A stretch of 64,000 nt of DNA from Marsupella aquatica (taxonomy: Eukaryota > Plantae > Marchantiophyta). The position numbers and the translations under genes are program-made. Positions 39,450 to 51,807 of this stretch are shown one piece after another. Numbering within the stretch: the stretch's first letter is position 1; each line of letters opens with the position of its first letter. Under the pieces are notes generated by a model. The model was not told the origin of the DNA. It did not search any database and worked only from the letters and a program-made list of their open reading frames with translations. The stretch covers positions 7,030,963-7,094,962 of the forward strand of contig OZ316893.1 in the NCBI GenBank assembly GCA_973895155.1, in the 5' to 3' direction.

Positions 39450-40965
39450 TCACCGATCAGTTGAGTACAAGAAGCGTCCTGCTTGACGATTGAATGTCAG
39501 AGCTTGGTCCATCACCCTCACAAGCAAGGCATTACCTGCAACCACAATGCCCCTTCTAGATGTTCGCCCTGAACCACGTCGTCCCCACACATCTTCATTT
39601 CCCTGCACTTCTGGTAAATATAGGGCCTCATCTTCTTCTGTCCATAGATCATTTTGAGAAATTACAAAATTATGTAACTTCCCACATAGAGAAACCCATG
39701 TAACCAGCCAGGCACTGTCTTTGTTCGTGTTAAGTTGGGTTCTAACCTCTTTCAATGAATGCCACCTTGATTTCAGCACCCCAATGCAATGCTCATTGGT
39801 AACACGGCACTTTGCCACACAAGTATTAAAATCCTCTTTATCAACTACCATGTCAGCTCTCTTGAAGGCACAAACTACATGAGGTAGAGCCTGGTACCCG
39901 CTGTCACCCAAGATGTACTCCCCATCACTGAACACGTTGCTGCTGTTGACGTCTGTGCAAAACTTCCACAGAGGTGATTTCCTCAAGCATGTCAAGTCTG
40001 AGCATGAGCCCGGCATTCCTGAAAAATGGTCAAAAAAGCCATGTTATTTAAAGTAAGAAGAGAGCTTAACTTAAACCAGAAGCATGTGGTTATAACTTAA
40101 ATGTCCAAAATGTTTCACCTGTGAACATGTAAATAATTCGCCTCCTATGATCACATACCACCTGTACATTAACTGAGTATCTGCTCTTTCGATCATAATA
40201 GCATTCACCGTGGGCAAATGGACGTTGAGCTAAGGGAAGCAGAGAGCCATCTATAAGACCAACACAACCAGGGAATCCATGTGCAGCAAACTCCTTCCTC
40301 AATGCAACACGCTCTCGTGATGTAGGCCACTGTATATAATCTTTCAGCACACTTTCCAGAGCATGGAAGCACCTGTTGGAGAAGTTAATTAGACTGCCAT
40401 TGCTGACCCCCCATGTAGGGATCATGTGGTTCAAGCATGCTCCATTCCCATCATGCCCAAGCCGGTCTAAGCAAACAGCCAACTGGCGAACTACTGGTGC
40501 CTGCTCAACATAAGAATTGTTGTGAAACACTGGGTGTGGGGTGACAAGGTCCACGAGATTGAAAAATGAAGCTTTTGACATTCTAGTGAGCTGCCTAAAC
40601 AACCTATCTGGTAAGTTATGAAAAAATTGAGTGGCAAACTCATTGGATTTTGGGGTCACATGTCTGGGTACCAAGTATCGTGAGTTGTACATAACAAAAT
40701 ACAACTCAAGTAAATCCGTTGGGTTAGGTTCACAGTCTAAACTCCCGTCTTCTTTTTCTGACTCAGATGATGAGTCTAACCCACCAGTGATTGCATCATC
40801 TGTGTCTGAGTAGCCAAAACCAGAGGGAATACATTCGAGTGAACCAGCAGTCCCCTGGATGGAGTCAACATCTGATTCTGAAGTGGAACTCTGTAAAGCA
40901 ACACTGACTTCAAGTTTTTGCTTCACCATTCTCAACTGATGTTGCCTCTCGGAAACTCGAGGCAT
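39450..40965 (-). CDS. Harbinger/IS5-type DDE transposase (DDE_Tnp_4), two exons 40965-40119 and 40018-39450, ~471 aa, intact
   Basis: FRQLTRMS..F, QLAVCLDRLG, GCVGLIDGS, YYDRKSRYSVN.Q.VCD, (spliced) TG-MPGSCSD, LGDSGY, RVTNEHCIGVLKSRW, KLHNF; 100-nt GT-AG intron joins in frame. Confidence 0.93.
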
Positions 40966-41173
40966 GATGAACCTGCATGACATCGTCACCAGTAAACGAT
41001 TATGAGAATAACAAGTCACATTCCACACTCATTGCAACCAAGGAATGAAATGATTATGAAGAGGTACACCGTTTATTTCTTCATGAAAGTGTTTTCTTCA
41101 TTGCTGAACCCTTAATAGGGTGCCACAAAAAATACATAATGATGGACTTCTACACCGCTTGCAAGAAGGTGTT

Positions 41174-41873
41174 TCAGTCATCAAGATCAGCCCCCTTCAA
41201 TTGCTCTATGAGATCTGCCAGTATCTTTTTGGCACTGTTGCGCTTCACAGGAGTGGGAGGGGTTGCATTTTCTATGACCTTGGTGGGTGTCCTGAATGCA
41301 GGGCTCCTAGAACTAGAGGATCCAAAAGATTGGGGACCTGGTGTTGTCACAGGGTCATCCACTATGACCAGACTCTTCACATGCAATTCTAGGTTCCTCA
41401 CTTCCAGTGACACTTGAAGCTTGGGACATTTCTGCAAAATTGACTGAACAGAGCGTACTTGCTCCAGTTCAGACAGCAAACTAAATTCCTGTGCAGAGGT
41501 CTTCAACAGAATGCCGGCTGCGTCCCAAAGTAGTGCCTTCAAAGGAGTCTCCGGTTTCAGCATAAAGTACCAGGCCAGCCTAAGTTTAGGAGTCTCTCTT
41601 CAACAGAATGCCGGCTGCATCAAATAAAATAAGCTGAAACCTAAACTTAGGCTGGCCTGGTACTTTATGCCCACACCAAGGACCAAATTTGAGAGATTTC
41701 TGGCATATTAATCCTGTATCCATAGGATAAGGACAGGCAGAGTACACAAATTTTTGTGGGTATGGATTTCGTGCGACATAATTTGCTGCCCAGACCAAGG
41801 AGGGTTCGTATTTTTGGCTTATCCCTGAACGTCTGCCGTCCTCAACCTCTTGAAGAGAGGTCCATTGAGCCAT
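41174..41873 (-). pseudogene. RPA1 C-terminal-like (Zn-ribbon OB fold) cargo gene disrupted by a templated insertion
   Basis: FVYSACP..(8)..CQKSL...WCGH...PKFRFQLILFD...LKALLWDAAGILLKTSAQEF resembles the Rep_fac-A_C pattern; splice acceptor just before the ATG. Confidence 0.55.
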
Positions 41874-42604
41874 GGCCTGAGCAGAAAGAAAAACACTTTA
41901 TAATCCAGAAGGTAGCGAAGAGATGATAGCGCATAGCGTAAGAAGTGGGTCATAACCAAAAGTAGAGGGATGGATTTACTTGGGATGCACTGCCAGCGCT
42001 TCGCACGATTGAGGTACTCCCAGACTTTGAAAACTCACAAGCGACTGCAAGTACCAGAGGTTGGGCCAACAGCTCACGAGCTTCAAAGGATTGATGGAGG
42101 CAGAGTATGGTCAATGCAAAACCATCACCAGCTGGAGTGCGACTGTTGCCGCTTGTCGGTCACGAGAAATGCTTCAAGAGACTTGCGCGCGGCTTGTACT
42201 CCGCCTCTCACCATCGCCCTCCATCTCCGAGATTTTTTGAAAGGTTACCACTGAGATCATAACAATGTGCAGGATGTTTGCTGACATCCAGCTTTAACTC
42301 AGGTAAACAAAACCATCATAGTCTAACCCCGGCCCGCGGCCTGAAGTTAGCGAAAAAACCCGGGAGTAAAAGTGCGGGCGTCGATTCGGGTGACCGCACA
42401 CTTTGGGGCCGCGCAGTCCCGGACGACCTGGATGCCCGCGTTTTGAGTACTTTGAGACGCCCTATTGCTGTTTATGCATTCATTGCTGTGTTTTTTTGAT
42501 TGTTATATGTCTTCTTTGTTATTCTTTCAGTTTTGAATTTATCTCACACCCCCTATATGTTCTTTGTTATTTCAAAATACTGTAGGGTATTTACTCATAC
42601 GTCT

Positions 42605-42797
42605 AGGTTAGGTATGACGTGGTTGGTACAACAACGTGGGTTGGTACAACTACGTGGTTAGGTACAACTACGTGATTAGGTACAACTATGTGGTTAGGTA
42701 CAACTACGTGATTAGGTACAACTATGTGGTTAGGTACAACTACGTGATTAGGTACAACTATGTGGTTAGGTACAACTATGTGGTTAGGTACAACTAA
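42605..42797 (+). repeat. 18-bp tandem array in U3 of the Copia-2 LTR (repeated at ~48733-48925)
   Basis: Unit TAGGTACAACTA(C/T)GTG(G/A)T, ~10 copies; produces the spurious VVPNH(I/V) antisense ORF. Confidence 0.92.
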
Positions 42798-44210
42798 GTT
42801 GCACACTATATCATAAGAGGCATGTGTGCTTGGAGAGGTAGAACCAAGGCTCATTGTTATGGAGCCACTTGAGAGATAGGGAGAGCTTACACTGTGGAGA
42901 CTCGGTATAGCCGACGGGCTTAGAGTTCAGTAAAGCTCTCTTGTGTGTTCCCGTGGACGTAGCCTCAAGGAGGTGAACCACGTATCTCTTGTGTCGACTA
43001 TTGTGCGTTGGATGGTTCATGGGCTTGCCGTTGCGATCGTCGTCTATGCTCAACAATTGGTATCAGAGCATGCTTGGGAGGTGACGTGTGTTCGTGACAG
43101 GATTTCATGACGGTTTTTCCAGCATTGAGTGTTGGTGGATTTTCCAGAGTTCCATCGCATGGAACTTGGAGTTTATGGGCTCAACGGATAGATCAGGGCA
43201 AGAGCTTTCTAACGGTGTGAAGAAATCGTTGAACGGAGCTCGTGGTGCAGAGAGATCTAAGTTTTCGTCATTCTGGATTTTGTGAAGAAAGTTGGCAATC
43301 GACTCGGAGGGAGAAGCGTCAAGTGTTTTGACTCAACGGAGAGATTGAGGCAAGACGATTGTTTTTGAGTCCGAGATTGGCTCTTTGATGCAAAGAGGAA
43401 GGCTAAGCAAAATCAATTACCTTGTTGGACTTGGTGACGGCACCAAGTGCAATTGATCAACATTCGTTGTTGACAAGGTACCATTTTTTTCTCTTTGAAA
43501 AACTGATTCAAAATTGGCTATGGCAATTGAGAGAAATCTGTCATCTTTACCAATTTTTTTCTCCCTCGTTCTTTCCTCGTTTTGGGTGCTTCTTATATCG
43601 ATCTTCATCGCCTCGGAGTCTAGTTTCCAAATCTGAAATCGGATCTTGATTTCGTCAAAACCCGAGTGAGATATCTTGCGTTTGGTGTCGAGGGGTACAT
43701 TCTGCCGTGTGTATTTTTTGCGCGCGCGACCAGATTTCAACGACGAAGGGTGGTAGGGGGTTTTGGGGGTTCGAGGACACATGTCAGCCCCTCGATTGTT
43801 CTTCCAAAATTCCCACAGGGCCTGTACAAGGGTCATAGAATATTCCAAAAAAACCAGAGAGCTATTTTTTGACCGTCCGACAAAGATTTCATCCGCCGAA
43901 TGGTAACTTTTTTGGTTATTTTTCGGCGAGGTCGTAGCCATTGAAGTTGGCAATGCAGCGCACCAATCACATCGCAATTCCGACAACGGGTTGTACTTGG
44001 TATTTCGGTTATTCCCTGAGGTGGTCAAAACGGGGGAGTTTCCCAAGGTTTTACCCACCTCGACCAAAATTTGAATAACTTTTCCGTCAAATTTCGATTT
44101 TGATTTCGGTTTTCAGTATTGGACTCCTAGCTTTGTGGGCTACGCGGCGGTGTTGAGTTTCGAGTTTTTTGAGAAGTTCTGAAAAATAACATTTTTTGCG
44201 ACTTTCTCAT

Positions 44211-45245
44211 ATGAGTGATTCGGAGGAGTTTTTCGAAGACGTGGAACTTGAAGCACGAGGATCACCGCGGAGGTTTCAGGGGCAGAGAGAGGAGCAGGAG
44301 GAAGAGCACGTGACACCGATACCATCACCGGTGCGGCGTGTGGTGGAGGAAGCAATACTACTACCGCAGCTCACGGTAAAGAAGAAGATGGGGACTTTCA
44401 AGCTTGGGGGACCCAAGTATGAAGTGACAAAGTATGATGGGCGCTCTGACTACTTGCTATGGGAGAAGCAGGTGAAGGGAGTGCTTTATGCGTCAGGGAT
44501 GGGCCAACTGCTGAGCCCTCGTGAAGACGATGTTGATGAGAAACAATGGGACCGCATGCAGGAGCAGGGAGTGTGGTGTGTTACACTCTATCTCATGCCT
44601 CCCATCATCAAGCAGTTGGGTGCACATAAGGATTGCATGTCCTTGTTTGCGGAATTGCAGAGCAAGTATCACCGCAAGGAGTTGTCGAACCGGCTCTACA
44701 CTTCCTACAAACTGATGAGTTTCAGGATGAAGGAATCTGGTACGAAGTTGCAAGACCATGTGGATGCTTTCAACGACATGGTCGTTGACTTGGAAAACCT
44801 TGGGAAGACTTTGAATGATGAGACGAAGGCTCTGCAGCTTCTTAGTTCATTGCCTCCATCTTACCAGTCCCTATCACGAGTGTTGTTGCATCGTGATAGG
44901 GATACCATTTCATACAATGACGTGGTAAGTTCTCTGCTTAGTGATGATCTTCAGCAGAAGATGCACATCACGTCACAGCCTTCATCATCTGGTGCTGCCC
45001 TCAATGTTAACCGTGGGAGGAGTATGCAGCGACCAACTGGGGACCGTAGAACCCAGTTTAGATCTAAATCCAGATCTAAGTCCAAGGGTAAATCCCCTCA
45101 GAGGAGGCAGGTGACATGTTGGAAGTGCAACCAAGTTGGACACTTCAAGCGAGACTGTAAGGGAAAGGCAGCGGAAACTTCATCGGCAAATGTGGCTAGG
45201 GCTGATGGAGAAGCTGATTTACTCAATGATGAGTATGTTTTATGA
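44211..45245 (+). CDS. gag: Copia-2 Gag
   Basis: KYDGRSDY, LLSSLPPSY, CWKCNQVGHFKRDC zinc knuckle; ends in TGA in frame with pol. Confidence 0.9.
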   Translation: MSDSEEFFEDVELEARGSPRRFQGQREEQEEEHVTPIPSPVRRVVEEAILLPQLTVKKKMGTFKLGGPKYEVTKYDGRSDYLLWEKQVKGVLYASGMGQLLSPREDDVDEKQWDRMQEQGVWCVTLYLMPPIIKQLGAHKDCMSLFAELQSKYHRKELSNRLYTSYKLMSFRMKESGTKLQDHVDAFNDMVVDLENLGKTLNDETKALQLLSSLPPSYQSLSRVLLHRDRDTISYNDVVSSLLSDDLQQKMHITSQPSSSGAALNVNRGRSMQRPTGDRRTQFRSKSRSKSKGKSPQRRQVTCWKCNQVGHFKRDCKGKAAETSSANVARADGEADLLNDEYVL

Positions 45246-48200
45246 AGCCGGGGGTATGCCCTGTGCACGTCATCTAGGAGAGCAGATGATGTGTGGATTC
45301 TTGATTGTGCTTGCTCTTTTCATATTTGTTACATTCGTGAGTTTTTCAGTTCTTACTCTGTTTCAAACGGTTCAGTTCTGATGGGAAATGATCACTCCTG
45401 TCAAATTGAGGGAATTGGGTCTGTGAAGATTCAAATGTTTGATGGCGCTGTGCGCACAGTGTCCGGAGTCAGGTATGTACCTGGCATGCGTAAGAATCTG
45501 ATTTCACTCGGTGTGTTGGATTCAAATGGTCATCAATGGAGCGTTATTGATGGTGAACTTCAAGTCAGGTCGGGAGAGACAGTGATTTTGAAGGGGAGTA
45601 GACAAAAGAATTTGTATGTGTTACAGGGCAATACTGTATGTATAGAGGCCAATGTAACCAAGTCTCACGAGGAGATGACTCAACTGTGGCATTCACGGCT
45701 AGGCCACATGAGTGAGAAGGGTTTGGCTATCTTACGGAAGAATGGACTCATTTCTGATTTGCAATCTTGTAAATTAGAGTTTTGTGAGCATTGCATTCTT
45801 GGAAAGCAGCATCGTCGTGCTTTTGGTATTGGAACTCATCGTTCCAAAGCGGTTCTTGAGTACATACATAGTGACGTGTGGGGTCCATCCCCGACTCCCT
45901 CACACTCTGGAAAGTTGTACTATGTATCATTTATTGATGATTACTCAAGATTTGTGTGGATTTATTTCATGACGCATAAGTCTGATGTCTTGTCCATTTT
46001 TAAGAAGTGGAAGGCCCAGGTGGAGAATCAGACTGGAAACACGATCAAGTGTTTGGATACAAGGGTGAAGAGTCTGAGGTCAGACAACGGCGGGGAGTAC
46101 ACTTCAATGGAATTTGAAGAGTACTATTCAGAACAGGGGATAACTCGCCATCTCACCATAGTTTATACTCCGCAGCAGAATGGTGTCGCTGAGAGGCTCA
46201 ATCGGACACTGTTGGAGCGGTCACGGAGTATGTTGAGCCAATCAGGTTTACCACAAGAATTTTGGGCAGAAGCTGTCAATACCGCAGCTTATTTGGTAAA
46301 TCTTTCTCCTTCTAGTGCTATCAATTTCAAAACGCCGTTTGAGATGCGCTATAAGCGGCAAGCAGACTATCATGGCTTGGTAATTTTTGGAAGTGATGCA
46401 TATGCTCTCACACCAAAGCAGAATAGGACCAAGTTGGATCCTACCTCCAGGAAATGTGTTTTTCTTGGGTACCAGAGTGGTGTGAAAGCCTATAGGCTAT
46501 GGGATCCTATTGCCTGTAAGCTCGTTGTCAGTAGGGATGTTTCCTTCAATGAATCCAGATTATTGAAGGAGGGGGAGAATACTCAGGTCTCCCGTACTGA
46601 CAAAGGAAAATCTCCTATCCCGGATCTCGTTGAGGGGGAGATTGGTTATGAGGTGCATGACCGGAGAGAAGGAGTTGCTCCAATTATGGAGCTGGTTCCT
46701 GTGCCAGAGGAACCAGAGGAGTTTGTTGATGCTGGTGAGCAGCAAGTGGATGCTGTTGAGCTTCAAATTGTACCAGCACACGTAGATCAACCGGAGTCAT
46801 CGGCTAGAAGAACATCTGGTCGCACTGTACGCGCTCCACCAAGGTATGGACAGTGGGTTGATTCATCTCAACTGCAAGAGGATGATTTTACAGCTGATGA
46901 TGAGGGTGATGCGTTAATTTTGGAAGAAGGAGAACCTTCTTCATTTCATGAGGCAAGTGCTTCAAAGGAGAAGCAGAAGTGGACTGCAGCAATGCAAACG
47001 GAGATGCAGTCACTAAAGGACAACAAAACTTGGGAGCTTGTTAAGCTGCCTAAGGGTCAGCAAGTGGTGGACAGCAAGTGGATTTACAAGCTGAAGGATA
47101 ATTCCATAGGAGGTGGATCGAAGGTCTACAAGGCTAGATTGGTAACAAAGGGATTCACACAAGAGAAAGGTGTGGATTACAATGAGGTCTTCTCACCAGT
47201 TGCTAAGTACTCCACAATACGACTATTGTGTGTACTTGTTGTAATGTTTGGTCTGCTCCTAGATCAGATGGATGTTGTCACAGCTTTCCTCTATGGCACA
47301 TTGGAAGAGGTGATCTTCATGAGACAACCGCTAGGTTTTGTGAAGAGAGGACAGGAGGAATTGGTTTGCAGATTGTTGAAATCCTTGTATGGTTGAAGCA
47401 GTCACCAAGACAGTGGAACAAGCGGTTTGACGATTGGATTCGGTCACAAGGTTTTCACAGAAGTGTATTTGACCCTTGTGTGTATTTGAAACCGGTGAAG
47501 AATGTTGTCTTTGGGTTCATTGTTTTAGTACTTTATGTGGATGACATGCTAATTGCAGCCAAGGATAGGTCTGAGATTGTTAAGCTCAAGGCACTGCTTA
47601 GTGCAGAGTTTAAGATGAAGGACTTAGGGCCAGCTAAGAGGATTTTGGGTATGGAGATCACTAGGGACTTGGAGGCTGGCAAGCTATGGTTGACGCAGAG
47701 CAGTTATGCGAGGAAGGTAATTGCAAGGTTCAACATGGAGAATAGCAAGCCAGTAAGTACCCCGTTGGCTCCACACTTCAAGTTATCATCAGCGTTCTGT
47801 CCTACGGATGACACAGAGAAGGGGTTGATGTCAAAGGTTCCATATGACAAGGCAGTGGGGAGTCTCATGTATTTGATGACTTGCACTAGACCTGATCTTG
47901 CCATGGCTATGGGCAAGGTGAGCAGGTACATGTCGAATCCAGGGAAGGTACACTGGGAAGCAGTGAAGTGGATTATCAGGTACTTGAAGGGTACCGTGGA
48001 TCATGGTCTTTTATTTGATGCGAATGCAAAGAATGCTAGATCATTGATTGGCTATGTAGATTCTGACTATGGACAAGATTTGGATCGAAGGAGATCAACA
48101 ACAGGATACGTGTTCACACTTGGCGGTGGATGCATAAGTTGGAGGTCTACTTTGCAGAAGTGTATTGCTCAGTCTACTACAGAAGCGGAGTATGTTGCAG

Positions 48201-48517
48201 CTGCGGAAGCAGCAAAGGAAGCGATTTGGTTGGATAGACTTATCACTGAAATGGGATTGCCACAGGGGAATGTGAAGCTCCATTGTGATAGTCAAAGTGC
48301 GCTCCACCTTGCTGTGAACCAGGTGATGGATAGCAGAGTGAAGCACATTGACGTCAGGTACCATTTTATCAGGCAGGCTGTGTCTGATAATTTGTTTAAG
48401 CTAGTCAAGATTGATGGTAAACTCAACCCGACTGACACATTTACCAAAGTGATTCCTTTGGAGAGTTTCTCTAGACACCGTGACGTATTGCAGGTTTTGC
48501 AATTGCATCACAAGTAG
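45246..48517 (+). CDS. pol: Copia-2 Pol (PR-INT-RT-RNaseH) with a single 1-nt frameshift near 47392
   Basis: WILDCAC, LWHSRLGH, HSDVWG, LRSDNGGEY, PQQNGVAER, SLYG/LKQ frameshift, YVDDML, GYVDSD. Confidence 0.92.
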
Positions 48518-50511
48518 AGTTTTCTTAAACATTCATTGTAATTACTGATATATGCTCTTCCTCATTCCTATGTATTAGGCTACGGCTTAGTTCTGGTTTG
48601 CTCTAGTTAGAGAGGGAAACCGGTTTGGTTTTTGTCCAGAACTTCCCGCTGAGGGATCATATACATTGGCAGTATTACTCTCCCCTAGACCAGAGTCAAG
48701 GGGAAGATTGTTGGGTATTTACTCTTACGTCTAGGTTAGGTATGACGTGGTTGGTACAACAACGTGGGTTGGTACAACTACGTGGTTAGGTACAACTACG
48801 TGATTAGGTACAACTATGTGGTTAGGTACAACTACGTGATTAGGTACAACTATGTGGTTAGGTACAACTACGTGATTAGGTACAACTATGTGGTTAGGTA
48901 CAACTATGTGGTTAGGTACAACTAAGTTGCACACTATATCATAAGAGGCATGTGTGCTTGGAGAGGTAGAACCAAGGCTCATTGTTATGGAGCCACTTGA
49001 GAGATAGGGAGAGCTTACACTGTGGAGACTCGGTATAGCCGACGGGCTTAGAGTTCAGTAAAGCTCTCTTGTGTGTTCCCGTGGACGTAGCCTCAAGGAG
49101 GTGAACCACGTATCTCTTGTGTCGACTATTGTGCGTTGGATGGTTCATGGGCTTGCCGTTGTGATCGTCGTCTATGCTCAACAAATACTTTGTTTTTCTT
49201 TTTTTTACTTGTATTACTTTCCACAATTTTTATATAATTTTTCCCTTCCAAATAATCTTGACCTAAAACAAATGTTGATTGCAGGGCTCCAACCCCAACC
49301 CAACCCACCAGATCCTACAGAAGGCCACCACCAGTGGTTGTGCTGCACATGAGGCTTCTGACATGAAATTTATTACTTAAATGTTTATAAATTCTATGGT
49401 CTGTACAGTGCACGCTGCCCGAGATTGATGCGCCTCTCTTTCTTCACAATAAATTAATTTCTGTAGTTTAATTCAAATGATTACATCAATAAACTCAAAT
49501 ACAATATGATAACATCATTTTTACATCATTTTCAATAAATTAAAATAGCAGAATGGTGTAGCTATATTTTATGAAGCTACTATATGGTGAATGCACATTT
49601 CAGATTTTGTCTTATTCAAATTTTTGTGTCATGTATTTTCATTTCAATCTGCTTTATCAAGGGGCAGCCTTTGTATTCTATACATTTTTAATTAATTTTT
49701 AGACCCCTTTAGTTTTAGGTATTCTAGAGTGTTTTGAACTTATTTTGGCAGCCCCCTTTCACAGTATGTGTTTTCTTAGAGATGAAACCAAAGGCTCCAC
49801 CACCACAAGTGAGAGAAATGATGCTGAAGAACATGAATGCATAGCCTCTTAAGTTCTCCTCATGTTTTTCTTTCCTAGGTTTATGGTTTTTATTGAAAGG
49901 AGTGTTATTCATAAGGCACCCTGAGTTAAGTGTACACATCGTAGCATCATTTGACTGTACCTTTTCTTGGTCACTCTGCTTTTCTTGGCAGACACTTTAT
50001 TTATATAACAACACTTCTATGCTTTCATATTTTATTTACTTTCAGATCACTACAAGACAAAAAATAAAGCATGTTCCAGGGTGAGCATGCTATATACTGT
50101 AGACCAACTTATTGTTTTAAGGATTTAACTTTTTTGCCAGCAAATGTATGGTGTCTGAAGGAGAAGATGCTCAAAATATTCACTATTCAATTAGTTTGGT
50201 GACCCGCAGATCTCTCTTGGTTTAAGGCTGACTGTTGGATTCTGGCTAATGGGGCCTGTGATTAGGTGGGACAATGGCTAATGAGACAGAGAAATAGTAG
50301 CCAAAAGTGGTGAAAGATTTTTGGGGAGGTGGAATTTGGCTAATTTATGCCACAAAAAAACTCTGCAGTAGACAATACACATACACTAGGCCCACAATAG
50401 TCAGAACAGGCTGAAGGCTATGTTGGTACAATAACACATTAGACAATACGCATATACTACCTGTAGGGTCACATTAATCTTACAAATTAGTTTGTGGACC
50501 CCTGTCATTAT

Positions 50512-50700
50512 CTTTGTCTTTGTGCTCCATAATCATATGTGAATCAGGGTTTCCAAGGAAATTATTGAATTGTCGTTGTCTTTGTGCTCCATAGTCATAT
50601 GTGAATCAGGGCTTCCAAGGGAAAATTATTGAATTGTCTTTGTCTTTGTGCTCCATAATCATATGTGAATCACGGTTTCCAAGGGAATCCAATTATTGAA
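50512..50700. repeat. ~62-bp tandem repeat, three copies
   Basis: tgtctttgtgctccata.tcatatgtgaatca.gg.ttccaagg..aattattgaa occurs three times. Confidence 0.9.
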
Positions 50701-51807
50701 CGTAATGGATGCATAGGCAACAAACCCTGCCTACCTCTTGCAATTTTCTAGACTCAATGGCGGTGTGAGCTATTTTGATGAGCATATCAAAGCAGCAATT
50801 TGAGCCTATAACATGTCATGAGCCATAAGCAGAATCAATTTCCCAAAAAAGAATCTTGTCTGATCACAAGTCATTGTCAAATCAAAGATCAATTTTTCAA
50901 TAGACACCTGCATACCCACTCTAGTTATGAGCCATCATCATTCAGGATCAATTTCTCAGCAAAAGGTTGCAGCCTATGAAGAGAAATCTACGTCCCCAAA
51001 CTGGTAATCCCGTAGGAACAGGTTAGGAACAGGTTAGTTGCCGCCACCCTCATTATCTAGGCTGCCTCCAGTCCAGTATACCTGGAATGCTGGTATGTCT
51101 GGTTCAACTTGGGTGCTTCACAAGCGGTGGCGAGGCTTGGCTATGAATTACATGCATAGCCAAGCATTCCTTGGTAGGCAGATTTTTCCATTCTGCTGAG
51201 CAGAGGTGGGAGCATTGTTTTGGTCTTACCTTCCTAGCAACTTGTTGGATTTGTTTCAATAACGTTGAGGGACTATTTTCATGCTATGTAATTAAGGTCA
51301 GAAAATTGAAGAGTGGAAGCACAGGTTCAGGTGTAGTACGAGCACCTATCTCAATGGTGAATCAGTCAATATCTGTGCAAGGGTCGCTTTGGATTGTCCA
51401 AGTTTGATGCAGTTCCATTGCGGAGCTCCTTTCCAAAACTAACAAACAATATTCATCCAAGGATAAATTGCTCTATTTCAAATCTTTTGTCTTTCGACCA
51501 TTCCTTTGATATTCAATCACAAAAACTTCTCGAAAACATTTCTACTGAACATCTCGAGCACCACTTTTACTGGCGATTTAGTTCATTGTATTATGAGGAA
51601 ATTCGATCTCACAATTTGTTGATATGATTGTCCAGAATCTTCATTTATAAACTCATCTACCTAAACTTCCACACCTACGTCACGTTCGAATCTTGTATGG
51701 CTAGTAATAGTGTTTGCCACCTTGATGCCGATCTTCCATTCAATCCATTCAAGTTCAGGAATTTGTCAGGAACCCCATTTGTTTCAGGATTTTGATGTAA
51801 CTAAAAT

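Larger units (their letters stand above)
34501..42463. mobile_element. PIF/Harbinger-group (PHIS, Pangu-like) DNA transposon, ~8 kb
   Basis: Perfect 13-bp TIR AGGGCGTCTCAAA / TTTGAGACGCCCT, 3-bp TSD ATT (34498-34500, 42464-42466), convergent Myb-like and DDE transposase genes. Confidence 0.92.
42581..49183 (+). mobile_element. Full-length young Ty1/Copia LTR retrotransposon (Tnt1/Tork-like), Copia-2
   Basis: 475-bp LTRs at 42581-43055 and 48709-49183 with ~3 mismatches, TSD AATAC, PBS TGGTATCAGAGC at 43058-43069, PPT aaggggaaga before the 3' LTR. Confidence 0.98.

Noticed and set aside
42603-42854. VVPNH-repeat protein ORF (also 48731-48982)
   Set aside because: Antisense translation of the 18-bp LTR array.
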